From Candidatus Bathyarchaeota archaeon (GTDB taxonomy: Archaea > Thermoproteota > Bathyarchaeia > Bathyarchaeales > Bathycorpusculaceae): 64,000 nucleotides of DNA. Positions 61,050-64,000 of the stretch are shown here, piece by piece. The position numbers and the translations under genes are program-made. Numbering within the stretch: position 1 is the stretch's first letter; each line of letters begins with the position of its first letter. Location: contig CAWFFH010000003.1 of NCBI GenBank assembly GCA_963815095.1, forward strand, positions 160,001-224,000, written 5' to 3'. The notes below the pieces were generated by a model. That model was given only the letters and a program-made list of their open reading frames with translations, ran no database searches and was not told the DNA's origin.

Positions 61050-63926
61050 TTATCTAAACCGTTTGCTAAGCACTTTGCGTTCAGCTTCAAGAACCAACTC
61101 GTAGAACTTGTCTGAAAGCTTGGGTTCTTTCTCCAAAACTCCCAAAATATCTGTTGCTGAAACCCGTCGAGCACTCAACGCCACCGCAGCCGCCTTACCA
61201 TACTTCTGAATCAACTCTGCAGTCTGCTTAGCATGCACCTGCATTTTCTCCTCGTTCTTGCCCAACTTTTCGCCTCGCTTTTCAATTAATGGCAAAGCTT
61301 TCTCTTCCTCAATCTTCAGCATGCCAATTGCAAAAGATCCACACCGCGGACACTTGGGTTTATCGGGCAAGTCTTTTATGCGTATCATTTCCATGTAATC
61401 CCAACAGGCAGTGCAGACAAAGTTGCCCGTCTCGTTTAGCAACCGTGCTTTGGCAGACTCAACTAGAACTGCCCTCATCTGTTCGGGCGGAATAAGGTCA
61501 GTTTTCATACTGACCCGTTCGATGCCTACACGAGCCACAGGCGTAGCGCTGCCACCAGTCTCAACAACCTGCAACCGAACCAAGCCATCACGTAATCGCC
61601 CCAACACCATAACCAATCCATCTCCATCAAGGTCTTTAGAAAAAACCTCCTTGAGACCTTCTTCATAAATGGGGGAACCTTCGAAGCTTGTTATTAATTT
61701 TTGTATACTTACGCTGCCAAAGTCAGCCCACTTTTTGAGAGCTCCAAAACGTCGAGCCACCTGAATAACGCGCCGTTTGAATAACCCAGTCTTCACTGTT
61801 GAGAGTGTTAACGTGTTTCTGATGGCTTGCTCACTCATGCATTGAATCTCTTTCATGACTTCAACTAGTCGCTCGGCAGTCATTGCGCCCATGGTTTGAA
61901 CAAAAACGCGGTAGGGGTCATGCTGAACGATGATGCCGCGACCAAGTTTATCGGATAACACTTGACCTAAAAGTTGAGCCAGAGCACGATTGGTTAGTGA
62001 ACCAAAGTTTGTGTGAAGGATAACAAATTCGCCCCAATCCTCAACCACAATTCGCTTCGGAGTCGGAACAGGAAAACCACTGTTTACCTGCTCCAAGGTC
62101 TCATCTAACGCGTGCCGAATCGTCTCTTGATCGGCAGGATAACGTTCCGAAAGCAATGCACTGATTTGCTCTCCTGAAAATCCGCTTTGAGCCTTCTCTT
62201 CGACAAACCCGCGGATTTCTGCCAGCTCCTGCGCTATTTCATACGGAACGGGGATTTCCTCGCCTATCCAGCTAGGTATCGAGCCTGTGGGGTCGTCAAC
62301 TGGACGAACGTAAACTTTTTCTTCAGTAGCGTGAATTATTTGCCAAGGGCTACCGCGGATGATGAATTTTGTACCAGGCTTACCGTATTCTGCCATGAAG
62401 GCTTCATCTAAAACACCGATGGATGAATCGGTTGATTCGTCAATGACCAGGAACTGTTTTTCCTCAGGAATCATGGATAAATTATCAAAGTAATACTCAA
62501 ACAACGCCTTGGTACGTTGGGGTCTTAGGACAACATGGTCTTCAAACGATGCCCAAGCTAAGCGGGGAAACCGATTATGCATGTACTTTAGGATTTTCTC
62601 GACATCCGCCATAGTCAGGTTTTCGAATGGCGCAGCGTTTTTGCATATCCCTAAAATCTCGTTGAAGGCTAAGCGCCTGTTTTTTAGCAGCAGCCCTGCG
62701 ATTTGATGCGTCAAAACATCATAAGGCTTATCGGGAATCGAAAGTGGCTCCAACTCTTCCCCTAAAGCACGCCTTGCAATGACCAGCGCTTCAAGTGTGT
62801 CGTCGGAATCCATACCGATAATAATTCCCTCAGACAATTTCCCATAAGTATGCCCTGCCCTGCCTACCCGCTGAATCAAACGTGAAACCTGCCTCGGACT
62901 CATATATTGAATAACAAGGTCTATGTGACCAACGTCTATACCAAGTTCTAGGCTGCTGGTAGCGATTAAACCTTTGAGGGCACCTTTTTTGAGTCCCGTT
63001 TCCGCTGCAATACGTGAAGGTTTAGTCAAGGAGCCATGGTGAATTGATATAGGGAAATCGGCATCCCAGACTTTGAAGCGTGAAGCCAAAACCTCCGAAA
63101 CGGAACGGGTGTTGGTGAAGAGAAGCACTGATTTGCGTTTTGTCATGTAGTCGCGGATAATCCGTAACCTTGCAGCAACTTCGGGGTGGGTGTATATTTT
63201 GGAGGCGAATTGGGCGTCTTCTTCGGTTGGCTTAGGATAAATTACCTGTAGCTTCACCATCTTGGCAACGGGAACGCGAATAATTTCGACTTGTCGTTTG
63301 TCACCTACGAGGAAGTGGGCAACTTTGTCGGGACTGCCAACGGTTGCGGATAGGCCGACCATTTGGAAGTCTTTGCCGATTAAATCGCGGATACGTTCCA
63401 GTGCAAGGGACAGTTGGCTTCCGCGTTTACTGTCAGCTAATTCGTGTACTTCATCGATAACAATCCAGCGGAGGCTTTGTAGGCTCTGACGTAATAGCCA
63501 CCCAGTAAGTATGGCTTGAAGGGTCTCGGGCGTGGTAATTAGAATGTCTGGTGGGCATTGGGATTGGCGCGTTCGTTCTTTTGTTTCGGTGTCTCCATGT
63601 CTAACTGCCAATTTAATGTCTAGGTTGTTGCACCACCACTGCATTCGCTCGAGCATATCACGGTTCAGAGCACGAAGCGGTGTGATGTAGAGGACTTTTA
63701 TGCCTGGAGTTTTAGGCAGCTGCATGAGCATGCTCAGTATGGGCAGGAAAGCGGCTTCAGTTTTGCCTGTGGCTGTGGGTGAAATCAATAGGACGTTTTT
63801 GCCTTCAAGAATTTTTGGGATAGTTTTTTCTTGAGGTTCAGTTGGCTTTTGAAATCCCTTCTGTTCAACGAGCCTTCGCACTGGCTTTACAAGCATTTCA
63901 AAAGCGTTTTCAGAAGAAATCTGCAA
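61050..63926 (-). CDS. lhr: Lhr-family SF2 ATP-dependent helicase with C-terminal CxxC...CxxC
   Basis: PTATGKT, PLRALNRD, TTPE, DEVH, SAT, HHGSL, LELGID, QRVGRAGH. Confidence 0.95.
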   Translation of the reverse strand: MQISSENAFEMLVKPVRRLVEQKGFQKPTEPQEKTIPKILEGKNVLLISPTATGKTEAAFLPILSMLMQLPKTPGIKVLYITPLRALNRDMLERMQWWCNNLDIKLAVRHGDTETKERTRQSQCPPDILITTPETLQAILTGWLLRQSLQSLRWIVIDEVHELADSKRGSQLSLALERIRDLIGKDFQMVGLSATVGSPDKVAHFLVGDKRQVEIIRVPVAKMVKLQVIYPKPTEEDAQFASKIYTHPEVAARLRIIRDYMTKRKSVLLFTNTRSVSEVLASRFKVWDADFPISIHHGSLTKPSRIAAETGLKKGALKGLIATSSLELGIDVGHIDLVIQYMSPRQVSRLIQRVGRAGHTYGKLSEGIIIGMDSDDTLEALVIARRALGEELEPLSIPDKPYDVLTHQIAGLLLKNRRLAFNEILGICKNAAPFENLTMADVEKILKYMHNRFPRLAWASFEDHVVLRPQRTKALFEYYFDNLSMIPEEKQFLVIDESTDSSIGVLDEAFMAEYGKPGTKFIIRGSPWQIIHATEEKVYVRPVDDPTGSIPSWIGEEIPVPYEIAQELAEIRGFVEEKAQSGFSGEQISALLSERYPADQETIRHALDETLEQVNSGFPVPTPKRIVVEDWGEFVILHTNFGSLTNRALAQLLGQVLSDKLGRGIIVQHDPYRVFVQTMGAMTAERLVEVMKEIQCMSEQAIRNTLTLSTVKTGLFKRRVIQVARRFGALKKWADFGSVSIQKLITSFEGSPIYEEGLKEVFSKDLDGDGLVMVLGRLRDGLVRLQVVETGGSATPVARVGIERVSMKTDLIPPEQMRAVLVESAKARLLNETGNFVCTACWDYMEMIRIKDLPDKPKCPRCGSFAIGMLKIEEEKALPLIEKRGEKLGKNEEKMQVHAKQTAELIQKYGKAAAVALSARRVSATDILGVLEKEPKLSDKFYELVLEAERKVLSKRFR

Positions 63927-64000
63927 ATAAAGTGAACCTCAACTTTAGAGAATAGCGAGGATTGTGCTTTAAAAAAGGTTGGGGCAGAAATTGAACATTA

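Overview
Archaeal chromosomal window, most likely Bathyarchaeia. This assignment is an inference from the 16S sequence, GGAG/GGTGA ribosome-binding sites, frequent TTG/GTG starts and the expanded membrane-anchored PQQ-like beta-propeller genes. Contents: a two-component pair; a stand-alone 16S rRNA gene with its own processing stem and no linked 23S; a cluster of small ORFs; a PiT/DUF47 pair; a complete A/V-type ATP synthase cluster; NfeD; FprA; two radical SAM/SPASM proteins; tRNA-Gln(CTG) and tRNA-Arg(TCT); deoxyhypusine synthase; three ~900-aa secreted beta-propeller paralogs facing two tandem-duplicated Lrp/AsnC regulators; and a housekeeping block (tRNA modification, cysS, prs, rnz, Lhr). 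Most notable observations: (1) a lysine 2,3-aminomutase + EctA-family acetyltransferase + MscS operon, suggesting an AblB-independent osmolyte pathway; (2) the ATP synthase subunit I gene is inverted inside its cluster between exact 7-bp inverted repeats, and flipping it restores a seamless operon; (3) a CdrS-like RHH gene followed by a 95-aa ORF that may be an FtsZ tail remnant; (4) near-identical 3' anchor DNA in two otherwise divergent propeller genes; (5) an intergenic hairpin whose G-U pairs suggest an sRNA. No CRISPR array, integrase or transposase was seen. All calls come from motif reading by eye; no searches were run.
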